A stretch of DNA of 64,000 nt from Rebecca billardiae RCC1528 (Eukaryota; Protista; Haptophyta): NCBI GenBank assembly GCA_965240325.2, contig OZ251240.1:310001-374000 (forward strand), given 5' to 3'. This document shows positions 1 to 12,000 of the stretch, piece by piece. A model generated the notes under the pieces. That model made no database searches and had not been told where the DNA came from. It saw only the letters and a program-made list of their open reading frames with translations. Position numbers and translations under genes: made by a program. Every line of letters begins with the position of its first letter. Positions within the stretch are counted from its first letter, which is position 1.

Positions 1-3000
1 CGGTGGCCCAGCAGGCTCCTGCTGCTGCTCGGCCCACTCGCGCGGCGCGAGGCGATTGGCGGGTCCTCGACGCTCATGCTCGCTCCGAGCCGCGCTGCAC
101 GCCGCGCCGCCGCCACTCCTCACGGCCGCGCGCCCGCAGGGCTGCGGCTCCGCGCCCGAGCCGCAGCCCTGCGGCCGCAGCCCTGCGGCCGCAGGCCTGC
201 GGTGGCCCAGCAGGCTGCTGCTGCTGCTCGGCCCACTCGCGCGGCGCGAGGCGATCGGCGCGTCCTCGACGCCCATGCTCGCTCCGAGCCGCGCTGCACG
301 CCGCGCCGCCGCCACTCCTCACGGCCGCGCGCCCGCAGGGCTGCGGCTCCGCGCCCGAGCCGCAGCCCTGCGGCCGCAGCCCTGCGGCCGCAGGCCTGCG
401 GTGGCCCAGCAGGCTGCTGCTGCTGCTCGGCCCACTCGCGCGGCGCGAGGCGATTGGCGCGTCCTCGACGCCCATGCTCGCTCCGAGCCGCACTGCATGC
501 CGCGCCGCCGCCACTCCTCACGGCCGCGCGCCCACAGGGCTGCGGCTCCGCGACCGAGCCGCAGGGCTGCGGCCGCAGGCCTGCGGCCGCAGCCCTGCGG
601 AAGCAGGCTGATGCTGCTGCTCGGCTCAGTCGCGCGGCGCGAGGCGAGCGGGCGGGCGGGTGGCCGTGGTGCTGATTGGCGCGTCCTCGACGCCCATGCT
701 CGCTCCGAGCCGCGCTGCATGACGCGCCGCCGCCGCTCCTCACGGCCGCGCGCCCGCAGGGCTGCGGCTCCGCGCCCGAGCCGCAGCCCTGCGGCCGCAG
801 CCCTGCGGCCGCAGCCCTGCGGCCGCAGGCCTGCGGTGGCCCAGCAGGCTGCTGCTGCTGCTCGGCCCACTCGCGCGGCGCGAGGCGATTGGTGCGTCCT
901 CGACGCCCATGCTCGCTCCGAGCCGCGCTGCACGCCGCGCCGCCGCCACTCCTCACGGCCGCGCGCCCGCAGGGCTGTGGCTTCGCGCCCGAGCCGTAGC
1001 CCTGCGGCCGCAGCCCTGCGGCCGCAGGCCTGCGGTGGCCCAGCAGGCTGCTGCTGCTGCTCGGCTCAGTCGCGCGGTGAGCGGGCGGGCGGCTGGCGGT
1101 GGTGCTGGATGGCGCGTCCTCGACGCCCATGCTCGCTCCGAGCCGCGCTGCACGCCGCGCCGCCGCCACTTCTCACGGCCGCGCGCCCGCAGGGCTGCGG
1201 CTTCGCGCCCGAGCCGCAGCCCTGCGGCCGCAGCCCTGCGGCCGCAGGCCTGCGGTGGCCCAGCAGGCTGCTGCTGCTGCTCGGCTCAGTCGCGCAGCAC
1301 GCGGCGAGCGGGCGGGCGGGTGGCAGCGGTGCTGATTGGCGCGTCCTCGACGCCCATGCTCGCCCCGAGCCGCGCTGCATGCCTCGCCGCCGCCACTCCT
1401 CACGGCCGCGCGCCCGCAGGGCTGCGGCTCCGCGCAAGAGCCGCAGCCCTGCGGCCGCAGCCCTGCGGCCGCAGGCCTGCGGCCGCAGGCCTGCGGTGGC
1501 CCAGCAGGCTGCTGCTGCTGCTCGGCCCACTCGCGCGGCGCGAGGCGATTGGCGCGTCCTCGACGCCCATGCTCGCTCCGAGCCGCACTGCATGCCGCGC
1601 CGCCGCCACTCCTCACGGCCGCGCGCCCACAGGGCTGCGGCTCCGCGACCGAGCCGCAGGGCTGCGGCCGCAGGCCTGCGGCCGCAGCCCTGCGGAAGCA
1701 GGCTGATGCTGCTGCTCGGCTCAGTCGCGCGGCGCGAGGCGAGCGGGCGGGCGGGTGGCAGTGGTGCTGATTGGCGCGTCCTCGACGCCCATGCTCGCTC
1801 CGAGCCGCGCTGCATGCCTCGCCGCCGCCACTCCTCACGGCCGCGCGCCCGCAGGGCTGCGGCTCCGCGCAAGAGCCGCAGCCCTGCGGCCGCAGCCCTG
1901 CGGCCGCAGGCCTGCGGCCGCAGGCCTGCGGTGGCCCAGCAGGCTGCTGCTGCTGCTCGGCCCACTCGCGCGGCGCGAGGCGATTGGCGCGTCCTCGACG
2001 CCCATGCTCGCTCCGAGCCGCACTGCATGCCGCGCCGCCGCCACTCCTCACTGCCGCGCGCCCACAGGGCTGCGGCTCCGCGACCGAGCCGCAGGGCTGC
2101 GGCCGCAGGCCTGCGGCCGCAGCCCTGCGGAAGCAGGCTGATGCTGCTGCTCGGCTCAGTCGCGCGGCGCGAGGCGAGCGGGCGGGCGGGTGGCCGCGGT
2201 GCTGATTGGCGCGTCCTCGACGCCCATGCTTGCTTCGAGCCGCGCTGCATGACGCGCCGCCGCCGCTCCTCACGGCCGCGCGCCCGCAGGGCTGCGGCTC
2301 CGCGCCCGAGCCGCAGCCCTGCGGCCGCAGCCCTGCGGCCGCAGGCCTGCGGTGGCCCAGCAGGCTTCTGCTGCTGCTCGGCTCAGGCGCGCGGCGCGAG
2401 GCGATTGGCGCGTCCTCGACGCCCATGCTCGCTCCGAGCCGCGCTGCATGCCGCGCCGCCGCCACTCCTCACGGCCGCGCGCCCGCAGGGCTGCGGCTCC
2501 GCGCCCGAGCCGCAGCCCTGCGGCCGCAGCCCTGCGGCCGCAGCCCTGCGGCCGCAGGCCTGCGGTGGCCCAGCAGGCTGCTGCTGCTGCTCGGCTCACT
2601 CGCGCGGCGCGAGGCGATTGGCGCGTCCTCGACGCCCATGCTCGCTCCGAGCCGCGCTGCACGCCGCGCCGCCGCCACTCCTCACGGCCGCGCGCCCGCA
2701 GGGCTGCGCCTCCGCGCCCGAGCCGCAGCCCTGCGGCCGCAGCCCTGCGGCCGCAGGCCTGCGCTGGCCCAGCAGGCTGCTGCTGCTGCTCGGCTCAGTC
2801 GCGCGGCGAGCGTGCGGGCGGCTGGCGGTGGTGCTGGATGGCGCGTCCTCGACGCCCATGCTCGCTCCGAGCCGCGCTGCACGCCGCGCCGCCGCCACTC
2901 CTCACGGCCGCGCGCCCGCAGGGCTGCGGCTCCGCGCCCGAGCCGCAGCCCTGCGGCCGCAGCGCTGCGGCCGCAGCCATGCGGCCGCAGGCCTGCGGTG

Positions 3001-6000
3001 GCCCAGCAGGCTGCTGCTGCTGCTCGATTCACTCGCGCGGCGCGAGGCAATTGGCGGGTCCTTGACGCCCATGCTCGCTCCGAGCCGCACTGCATGCCGC
3101 TCCGCCGCCACTCCTCACGGCCGCGCGCCCACAGGGCTGCGGCTCCGCGACCGAGCCGAAGGGCTGCGGCCGCAGGCCTGCGGCCGCAGCCCTGCGGAAG
3201 CAGGCTGATGCTGCTGCTCGGCTCAGTCGCGTGGCGCGAGGCGAGCGGGCGGGCGGTAGCCGCGGTGCTGATTGGCGCGTCCTCGACGCCCATGCTCGCT
3301 CAGAGCCGCGCTGCATGACGCGCCGCCGCCGCTCCTCACGGCCGCGCGCCCGCAGGGCTGCGGCTTCGCGCCCGAGCCGCAGCCCTGCGGCCGCAGGCCT
3401 GCGGCCGCAGGCCTGCGGCCGCAGGCCTGCGGTGGCCCAGCAGGCTGCTGCTGCTGCTCGGCTCAGTCGCGTGGCGCGAGGCGATTGGCGCGTCCTCGAC
3501 GCCCATGCTCGCTCCGAGCCGCGCTGCATGCCGCGCCGCCGCCACTCCTCACGGCCGCGCGCCCGCAGGGCTGCGGCTCCGCGCCCGAGCCGCAGCCCTG
3601 CGGCCGCAGGCCTGCGGCCGCAGGCCTGCGGTGGCCCAGCAGGCTGCTGCTGCTGCTCGGCCCACTCGCGCGGCGCGCGGCGATTGGCGCTTCCTCGACG
3701 CCCATGCTCGCTCCGAGCCGCACTGCATGCTGCGTCGCCGCCACTCCTCACGGCCGCGCGCCCACAGGGCTGCGGCTCCGCGACCGAGCCGCAGCCCTGC
3801 GGCCGCAGCCCTGCGGCCGCAGGCCTGCGGCCGCAGGCCTGCGGTGGCCCAGCAGGCTGCTGCTGCTGCTCGGCTCAGTCGCGCGGGGCGAGGCGATTGG
3901 CGGGTCCTCGACGCCCATGCTCGCTCCGAGCCGCACTGCATGCCGCGCCGCCGCCACTCCTCACGGCCGCGCGCCCGCAGGGCTGCGGCTCCGCGACCGA
4001 GCCGAAGGGCTGCGGCCGCAGGCCTGCGGCCGCAGCCCTGCGGAAGCAGGCTGATGCTGCTGCTCGGCTCAGTCGCGCGGCGCGAGGCGAGCGGGCGGGC
4101 GGTAGCCGCGGTGCTGATCGGCGCGTCCTCGACGCCCATGCTCGCTCCGAGCCGCGCTGCATGACGCGCCGCCGCCGCTCCTCACGGCCGCGCGCCCGCA
4201 GGGCTGCGGCTCCGCGCCCGAGCCGCAGCCCTGCGGCCGCAGCCCTGCGGCCGCAGCCCTGCGGAAGCAGGCTGATGCTGCTGCTCGGCTCAGTCGCGCG
4301 GCGCGAGGCGAGCGGGCGGGCGGTAGCCGCGGTGCTGATCGGCGCGTCCTCGACGCCCATGCTCGCTCCGAGCCGCGCTGCACGCCGCGCCGCCGCCACT
4401 CCTCACGGCCGCGCGCCCGCAGGGCTGCGGCTCCACGCCCGAGCCGAAGCCCTGCGGCCGCAGCCCAGCGGCCGCAGGCCTGCGCTGGCCCAGCAGGCTG
4501 CTGCTGCTGCTCGGCTCAGTCGCGCGGCGAGCGGGCGGGCGGCTGGCGGTGGTGCTGATTGGCGCGTCCTCGACGCCCATGCTCGCTCCGAGCCGCGCTG
4601 CACGCCGCGCCGCCGCCACTCCTCACGGCCGCGCGCCCGCAGGGCTGCGGCTCCGCGCCCGAGCCGCAGCCCTGCGGCCGCAGCCCTGCGGCCGCAGGCC
4701 TGCGGTGGCCCAGCAGGCTGCTGCTGCTGCTCGGCTCAGTCGCGCGGCGAGCGGGCGGGCGGCTGGTGGTGGTGCTGATTGGCGCGTCCCCGACGCCCAT
4801 GCTCCCTCCGAGCCGCGCTGCATGCCGCGCCGCCGCCACTCTTCACGGCCGCGCGCCCGCAGGGCTGCGGCTCCGCGCCCGAGCCGCAGCCCTGCGGCCG
4901 CAGCCCTGCGGCCGCAGGCCTGCGCTGGCCCAGCAGGCTGCTGCTGCTGCTCGGCTCAGTCGCGCGGCGAGTGGGCGTGCGGCTGGCGGTGGTGCTGGAT
5001 GGCGCGTCCTCGACGCCCATGCTCGCTCCGAGCCGCGCTGCACGCCGCGCCGCCGCCACTCCTCACGGCCGCGCGCCCGCAGGGCTGCGGCTCCGCGCCC
5101 GAGCCGCAGCCCTGCGGCCGCAGCCCTGCGGCCGCAGGCCTGCGGTGGCCCAGCAGGCTGCTGCTGCTGCTCGGCTCACTCACGCGGCGCGAGGCGATTG
5201 GCGCGTCCTCGACGCCCATGCTCGCTTCGAGCCGCGCTGCACGCCGCGCCGCCTCCACTCCTCACGGCCGCGCGCCCGCAGGGCTGCGGCTCCGCGCCCG
5301 AGCCGCAGCCCTGCGGCCGCAGCGCTGCGGCCGCAGCCCTGCGGCCGCAGGCCTGCGGTCGCCCAGCAGGCTGCTGCTGCTGCTCGGTTCACTCGCGCGG
5401 CGCGAGGCGATTGGCGCGTCCTCGACGCCCATGCTCGCTCCGAGCCGCACTGCATGCCGCGCCGCCGCCACTCCTCACGGCCGCGCGCCCGCAGGGCTGC
5501 GGCTCCGCGCCCGAGCCGCAGCCCTGCGGCCGCAGCCCTGCGGCCGCAGGCCTGCGCTGGCCCAGCAGGCTGCTGCTGCTGCTCGGCTCAGTCGCGCGGC
5601 GAGCGGGCGGGCGGCTTGCGGTGGTGCTGGATGGCGCGTCCTCGACGCCCATGCTCGCTCCGAGCCGCGCTGCACGCCGCGCCGCCGCCACTTCTCACGG
5701 CCGCGCGCCCGCAGGGCTGCGGCTCCGCGCCCGAGCCGCAGCCCTGCGGCCGCAGCCCTGCGGCCGCAGCCCTGCGGCCGCAGGCCTGCGGTGGCCCAGC
5801 AGGCTGCTTCTGCTGCTCGGCTCACTCACGCGGCGCGAGGCGATTGGCGCGTCCTCGACGCCCATGCTCGCTTCGAGCCGCGCTGCACGCCGCGCCGCCG
5901 CCACTCCTCACGGCCGCGCGCCCGCAGGGCTGCGGCTCCGCGCCCGAGCCGCAGCCCTGCGGCCGCAGCGCTGCGGCCGCAGCCCTGCGGCCGCAGGCCT

Positions 6001-9000
6001 GCGGTGGCCCAGCAGGCTGCTGCTGCTGCTCGGTTCACTCGCGCGGCGCGAGGCGATTGGCGCGTCCTCGACGCCCATGCTCGCTCCGAGCCGCACTGCA
6101 TGCCGCGCCGCCGCCACTCCTCACGGCCGCGCGCCCGCAGGGCCGCGGCTCCGCGCCCGAGCCGCAGCCCTGCGGCCGCAGCCCTGCGGCCGCAGGCCTG
6201 CGCTGGCCCAGCAGGCTGCTGCTGCTGCTCGGCTCAGTCGCGCGGCGAGCGGGCGGGCGGCTTGCGGTGGTGCTGGATGGCGCGTCCTCAACGCCCATGC
6301 TCGCTCCGAGCCGCGCTGCACGCCGCGCCGCCGCCACTTCTCACGGCCGCGCGCCCGCAGGGCTGCGGCTCCGCGCCCGAGCCGCAGCCCTGCGGCCGCA
6401 GCCCTGCGGCCGCAGCCCTGCGGCCGCAGGCCTGCGGTGGCCCAGCAGGCTGCTGCTGCTGCTCGGTTCACTCGCGCGGCGCGAGGCGATTGGCGCGTCC
6501 TCGACGCCCGTGCTCGCTCCGAGCCGCACTGCATGCCGCGCCGCCGCCACTCCTCACGGCCACGCGCCCGGAGGGCTGCGGCTCCGCGCCCGAGCCGCAG
6601 CCCTGCGGCCGCAGCCCTGCGGCCGCAGGCCTGCACTGGCCCAGCAGGCTGCTGCTGCTGCTCGGCTCAGTCGCGCGGCGAGCGGGCGCGCGGCTGGCGG
6701 TGGTGCTGGATGGCGCGTCCTCGACGCCCATGCTCGCTTCGAGCCGCGCTGCATGCCGCGCCGCCGCCACTCCTCACGGCCGCGCGCCCGCAGGGCTGCG
6801 GCTCCGCGCCCGAGCCGCAGCCCTGCGGCCGCAGCCCTGCGGCCGCAGCGCTGCGGCCGCAGCCCTGCGGCCGCAGGCCTGCGGTGGCCCAGCAGGCTGC
6901 TGCTGCTGCTCGGCTCAGTCGCGCGGCGCGAGGCGATTGGCGAGTCCTCGACGCCCATGCTCGCTCCGAGCCGCGCTGCACGCCGCGCCGCCGCCACTCC
7001 TCACGGCCGCGCGCCCGCAGGGCTGCGGCTCCGCGCCCGAGCCGCAGCCCTGCGGCCGCAGGCCTGCGGCCGCAGGCCTGCGGTGGCCCAGCAGGCTGCT
7101 GCTGCTGCTCGGCTCAGTCGCGCGGCGAGCGGGCGGGCGGCTGGTGGTGGTGCTGATTGGCGCGTCCTCGACGCCCATGCTCCCTCCGAGACGCGCTGCA
7201 TGCCGCGCCGCCGCCACTCTTCACGGCCGCGCGCCCGCAGGGCTGCGGCTCCGCGCCCGAGCCGCAGCCCTGCGGCCGCAGCCCTGCGGCCGCAGGCCTG
7301 CGCTGGCCCAGCAGGCTGCTGCTGCTGCTCGGCTCAGTCGCGCGGCGAGTGGGCGTGCGGCTGGCGGTGGTGCTGGATGGCGCGTCCTCGACGCCCATGC
7401 TCGCTCCGAGCCGCGCTGCACGCCGCGCCGCCGCCACTCCTCACGGCCGCGCGCCCGCAGGGCTGCGGCTCCGCGCCCGAGCCGCAGCCCTGCGGCCGCA
7501 GCCCTGCGGCCGCAGGCCTGCGGTGGCCCAGCAGGCTGTTGCTGCTGCTCGGCTCACTCACGCGGCGCGACGCGATTGGCGCGTCCTCGACGCCCATGCT
7601 CGCTTCGAGCCGCGCTGCACGCCGCTCCGCCGCCACTCCTCACGGCCGCGCGCCCGCAGGGCTGCGGCTCCGCGCCCGAGCCGCAGCCCTGCGGCCGCAG
7701 CGCTGCGGCCGCAGCCCTGCGGCCGCAGGCCTGCGGTGGCCCAGCAGGCTGCTGCTGCTGCTCGGTTCACTCGCGCGGCCCGAGGCGATTGGCGCGTCCT
7801 CGACGCCCATGCTCGCTCCGAGCCGCACTGCATGCCGCGCCGCCGCCACTCCTCACGGCCGCGCGCCCGCAGGGCTGCGGCTCCGCGCCCGAGCCACAGC
7901 CCTGCGGCCGCAGCGCTGCGGCCGCAGCCCTGCGGCCGCAGGCCTGCGGTGGCCCAGCAGGCTGCTGCTGCTGCTCGGTTCACTCGCGCGGCCCGAGGCG
8001 ATTGGCGCGTCGTCGACGCCCATGCTCGCTCCGAGCCGCACTGCATGCCGCGCCGCCGCCACTCCTCACGGCCGCGCGCCCGCAGGGCTGCGGCTCCGCG
8101 CCCGAGCCGCAGCCCTGCGGCCGCAGCCCTGCGGCCGCAGGCCTGCGCTGGCCCAGCAGGCTGCTGCTGCTGCTCGGCTCAGTCGCGCGGCGAGCGGGCG
8201 GGCGGCTTGCGGTGGTGCTGGATGGCGCGTCTTCGACGCCCATGCTCGCTCCGAGCCGCGCTGCGCGCCGCGCCGCCGCCACTTCTCACGGCCGCGCGCC
8301 CGCAGGGCTGCGGCTCCGCGCCCGAGCCGCAGCCCTGCGGCCGCAGCCCTGCGGCCGCAGGCCTGCGCTGGCCCAGCAGGCTGCTGCTGCTGCTCGGCTC
8401 AGTCGCGCGGCGAGTGGGCGTGCGGCTGGCGGTGGTGCTGGATGGCGCGTCCTCGACGCCCATGCTCGCTCCGAGCCGCGCTGCACGCCGCGCCGCCGCC
8501 ACTCCTCACGGCCGCGCGCCCGCAGGGCTGCGGCTCCGCGCCCGAGCCGCAGCCCTGCGGCCGCAGCCCTGCGGCCGCAGGCCTGCGGTGGCCCAGCAGG
8601 CTGTTGCTGCTGCTCGGCTCACTCACGCGGCGCGAGGCGATTGGCGCGTCCTCGACGCCCATGCTCGCTTCGAGCCGCGCTGCACGCCGCTCCGCCGCCA
8701 CTCCTCACGGCCGCGCGCCCGCAGGGCTGCGGCTCCGCGCCCGAGCCGCAGCCCTGCGGCCGCAGCGCTGCGGCCGCAGCCCTGCGGCCGCAGGCCTGCG
8801 GTGGCCCAGCAGGCTGCTGCTGCTGCTCGGTTCACTCGCGCGGCCCGAGGCGATTGGCGCGTCCTCGACGCCCATGCTCGCTCCGAGCCGCACTGCATGC
8901 CGCGCCGCCGCCACTCCTCACGGCCGCGCGCCCGCAGGGCTGCGGCTCCGCGCCCGAGCCACAGCCCTGCGGCCGCAGCGCTGCGGCCGCAGCCCTGCGG

Positions 9001-12000
9001 CCGCAGGCCTGCGGTGGCCCAGCAGGCTGCTGCTGCTGCTCGGTTCACTCGCGCGGCCCGAGGCGATTGGCGCGTCCTCGACGCCCATGCTCGCTCCGAG
9101 CCGCACTGCATGCCGCGCCGCCGCCACTCCTCACGGCCGCGCGCCCGCAGGGCTGCGGCTCCGCGCCCGAGCCGCAGCCCTGCGGCCGCAGCCCTGCGGC
9201 CGCAGGCCTGCGCTGGCCCAGCAGGCTGCTGCTGCTGCTCGGCTCAGTCGCGCGGCGAGCGGGCGGGCGGCTTGCGGTGGTGCTGGATGGCGCGTCTTCG
9301 ACGCCCATGCTCGCTCCGAGCCGCGCTGCGCGCCGCGCCGCCGCCACTTCTCACGGCCGCGCGCCCGCAGGGCTGCGGCTCCGCGCCCGAGCCGCAGCCC
9401 TGCGGCCGCAGCCCTGCGGCCGCAGCCCTGCGGCCGCAGGCCTGCGGTGGCCCAGCAGGCTGCTGCTGCTGCTCGGTTCACTCGCGCGGCGCGAGACGAT
9501 TGGCGCGTCCTCGACGCCCATGCTCGCTCCGAGCCGCACTGCATGCCGCGCCGCCGCCACTCCTCACGGCCACGCGCCCGGAGGGCTGCGGCTCCGCGCC
9601 CGAGCCGCAGCCCTGCGGCCGCAGCCCTGCGGCCGCAGGCCTGCGGCCGCAGGCCTGCGGTGGCCCAGCAGGCTGCTGCTGCTGCTCAGCCCACTCGCGC
9701 GGCGCGAGGCGATTGGCGGGTCCTCGACGCCCATGCTCGCTCCGAGCCGCACTGCATGCCGCGCCGCCGCCACTCCTCACGGCCGCGCGCCCACAGGGCT
9801 GCGGCTCCGCGACCGAGCCGCAGGGCTGCGGCCGCAGGCCTGCGGCCGCAGCCCTGCGGAAGCAGGCTGCTGCTGCTGCTCGGCTCAGTCGCGCGGCGCG
9901 AGGCGAGCGGGCGGGCGGGTGGCCGCGGTGCTGATTGGCGCGTCCTCGACGCCCATGCTCGCTCCGTGCCGCGCTGCATGACGCGCCGCCGCCACTCCTC
10001 ACGGCCGCGCGCCCGCAGGACTGCGGCTCCGCGCCCGAGCCGCAGCCCTGCGGCCGCAGCCCTGCGGCCGCAGGCCTGCGGCCGCAGGCCTGCGGTGGCC
10101 CAGCAGGCTGCTGCTGCTTCTCGGTTCACTCGCGTGGCGCGAGGCAATTGGCGCGTCCTCGACGCCCATGCTCGCTCTGAGCCGCGCTGCACGCCGCGCC
10201 GCCGCCACTCCTCACGGCCGCGCGCCCGCAGGGCTGCGGCTCAGCGCCCGAGCCGCAGCCCTGCGGCCGCAGCCCTGCGGCCGCAGGCCTGCGGCCGCAG
10301 GCCTGCGGTGGCCCAGCAGGCTGCTGCTGCTGCTCGGCTCACTCGCGTGGCGCGAGGCGATTGGCGGGTCCTCGACGCCCATGCTCGCTCCGAGCCGCAC
10401 TGCACGCCGCGCCGCCGCCACTCCTCACGGCCGCGCGCCCACAGGGCTGCGGCTCCGCGACCGAGCCGAAGGGCTGCGGCCGCGGGCCTGCGGCCGCAGC
10501 CCTGCGGAAGCAGGCTGATGCTGCTGCTCGGCTCAGTCGCGCGGCGCGAGGCGAGCGGGCGGGCGGTAGCCGCGGTGCTGATCGGCGCGTCCTCGACGCC
10601 CATGCTCGCTCCGAGCCGCGCTGCATGACGCGCCGCCGCCGCTCCTCACGGCCGCGCGCCCGCAGGGCTGCGGCTCCGCGCCCGAGCCGCAGCCCTGCGG
10701 CCGCAGCCCTGCGGCCGCAGCCCTGCGGCCGCAGGCCTGCGGTGGCCCAGCAGGCTGCTGCTGCTGCTCGGCTCAGTCGCGCGGCGCGAGGCGATTGGCG
10801 CGTCCTCGACGCCCATGCTCGCTCCGAGCCGCGCTGCACGCCGCGCCGCCGCCACTCCTCACGGCCGCGCGCCCGCAGGGCTGCGGCTCCGCGCCCGAGC
10901 CGCAGCCCTGCGGCCGCAGCCCTGCGGCCGCAGCCCTGCGGCCGCAGGCCTGCGCTGGCCCAGCAGGCTGCTGCTGCTGCTCGGCTCAGTCGCGCGGCGC
11001 GAGGCGATTGGCGCGTCCTCGACGCCCATGCTCGCTCCGAGCCGCACTGCCTGCCGCGCCGCCGCCACTCCTCACGGCCGCGCGCCCGCAGGGCTGCGGC
11101 TCCGCGCCCGAGCCGCAGCCCTGCGGCCGCAGCCCTGCGGCCGCAGGCCTGCGGCCGCAGGCCTGCGGTGGCCCAGCAGGCTGCTGCTGCTGCTCGGCCC
11201 ACTCGCGCGGCGCGAGGCAGTTGGCGCGTCCTCGACGCCCATGCTCGCTCCGAGCCGCACTGCATGCCGCGCCGCCGCCACTCCTCACGGCCGCGCGCCG
11301 ACAGGACTGCGGCTCCGCGACCGAGCCGCAGGGCTGCGGCCGCAGGCCTGCGGCCGCAGCCCTGCGGAAGCAGGCTGATGCTGCTGTGCGGCTCAGTCGC
11401 GCGGTGCGAGGCGAGCGGGCGGGCGGGTGGCCGCGTGCTGATTGGCGCGTCCTCGACGCCCATGCTCGCTCCGAGCCGCGCTGCATGACGCGCCGCCGCC
11501 GCTCCTCACGGCCGCGCGCCCGCAGGGCTGCGGCTTCGCGCCCGAGCCGCAGCCCTGCGGCGCAGGCCTGCGGCCGCAGGCCTGCCCCAGCAGGCTGCTG
11601 CTGCTGCTCGGCTCAGTCGTGCGGCGCGAGGCGATTGGCGCGTCCTCGACGCCCATGCTCGCTCCGAGCCGCACTGCATGCCGCGCCGCCGCCACTCCTC
11701 ACGGCCGCGCGCCCGCAGGGCTGCGGCTCCGCGCCCGAGCCGCAGCCCTGCGGCCGCAGCCCTGCGGCCGCAGCCCTGCGGCCGCAGCCCTGCGGCCGCA
11801 GGCCTGCGGTGGCCCAGCAGGCTGCTGCTGCTGCTCGGCCCACTCGCGCGGCGCGAGGCAGTTGGCGCGTCCTCGACGCCCATGCTCGCTCCGAGCCGCA
11901 CTGCATGCCGCGCCGCCGCCACTCCTCACGGCCGCGCGCCCGCAGGGCTGCGGCTCAGCGCCCGAGCCGCAGCCCTGCGGCCGCAGCCCTGCGGCCGCAG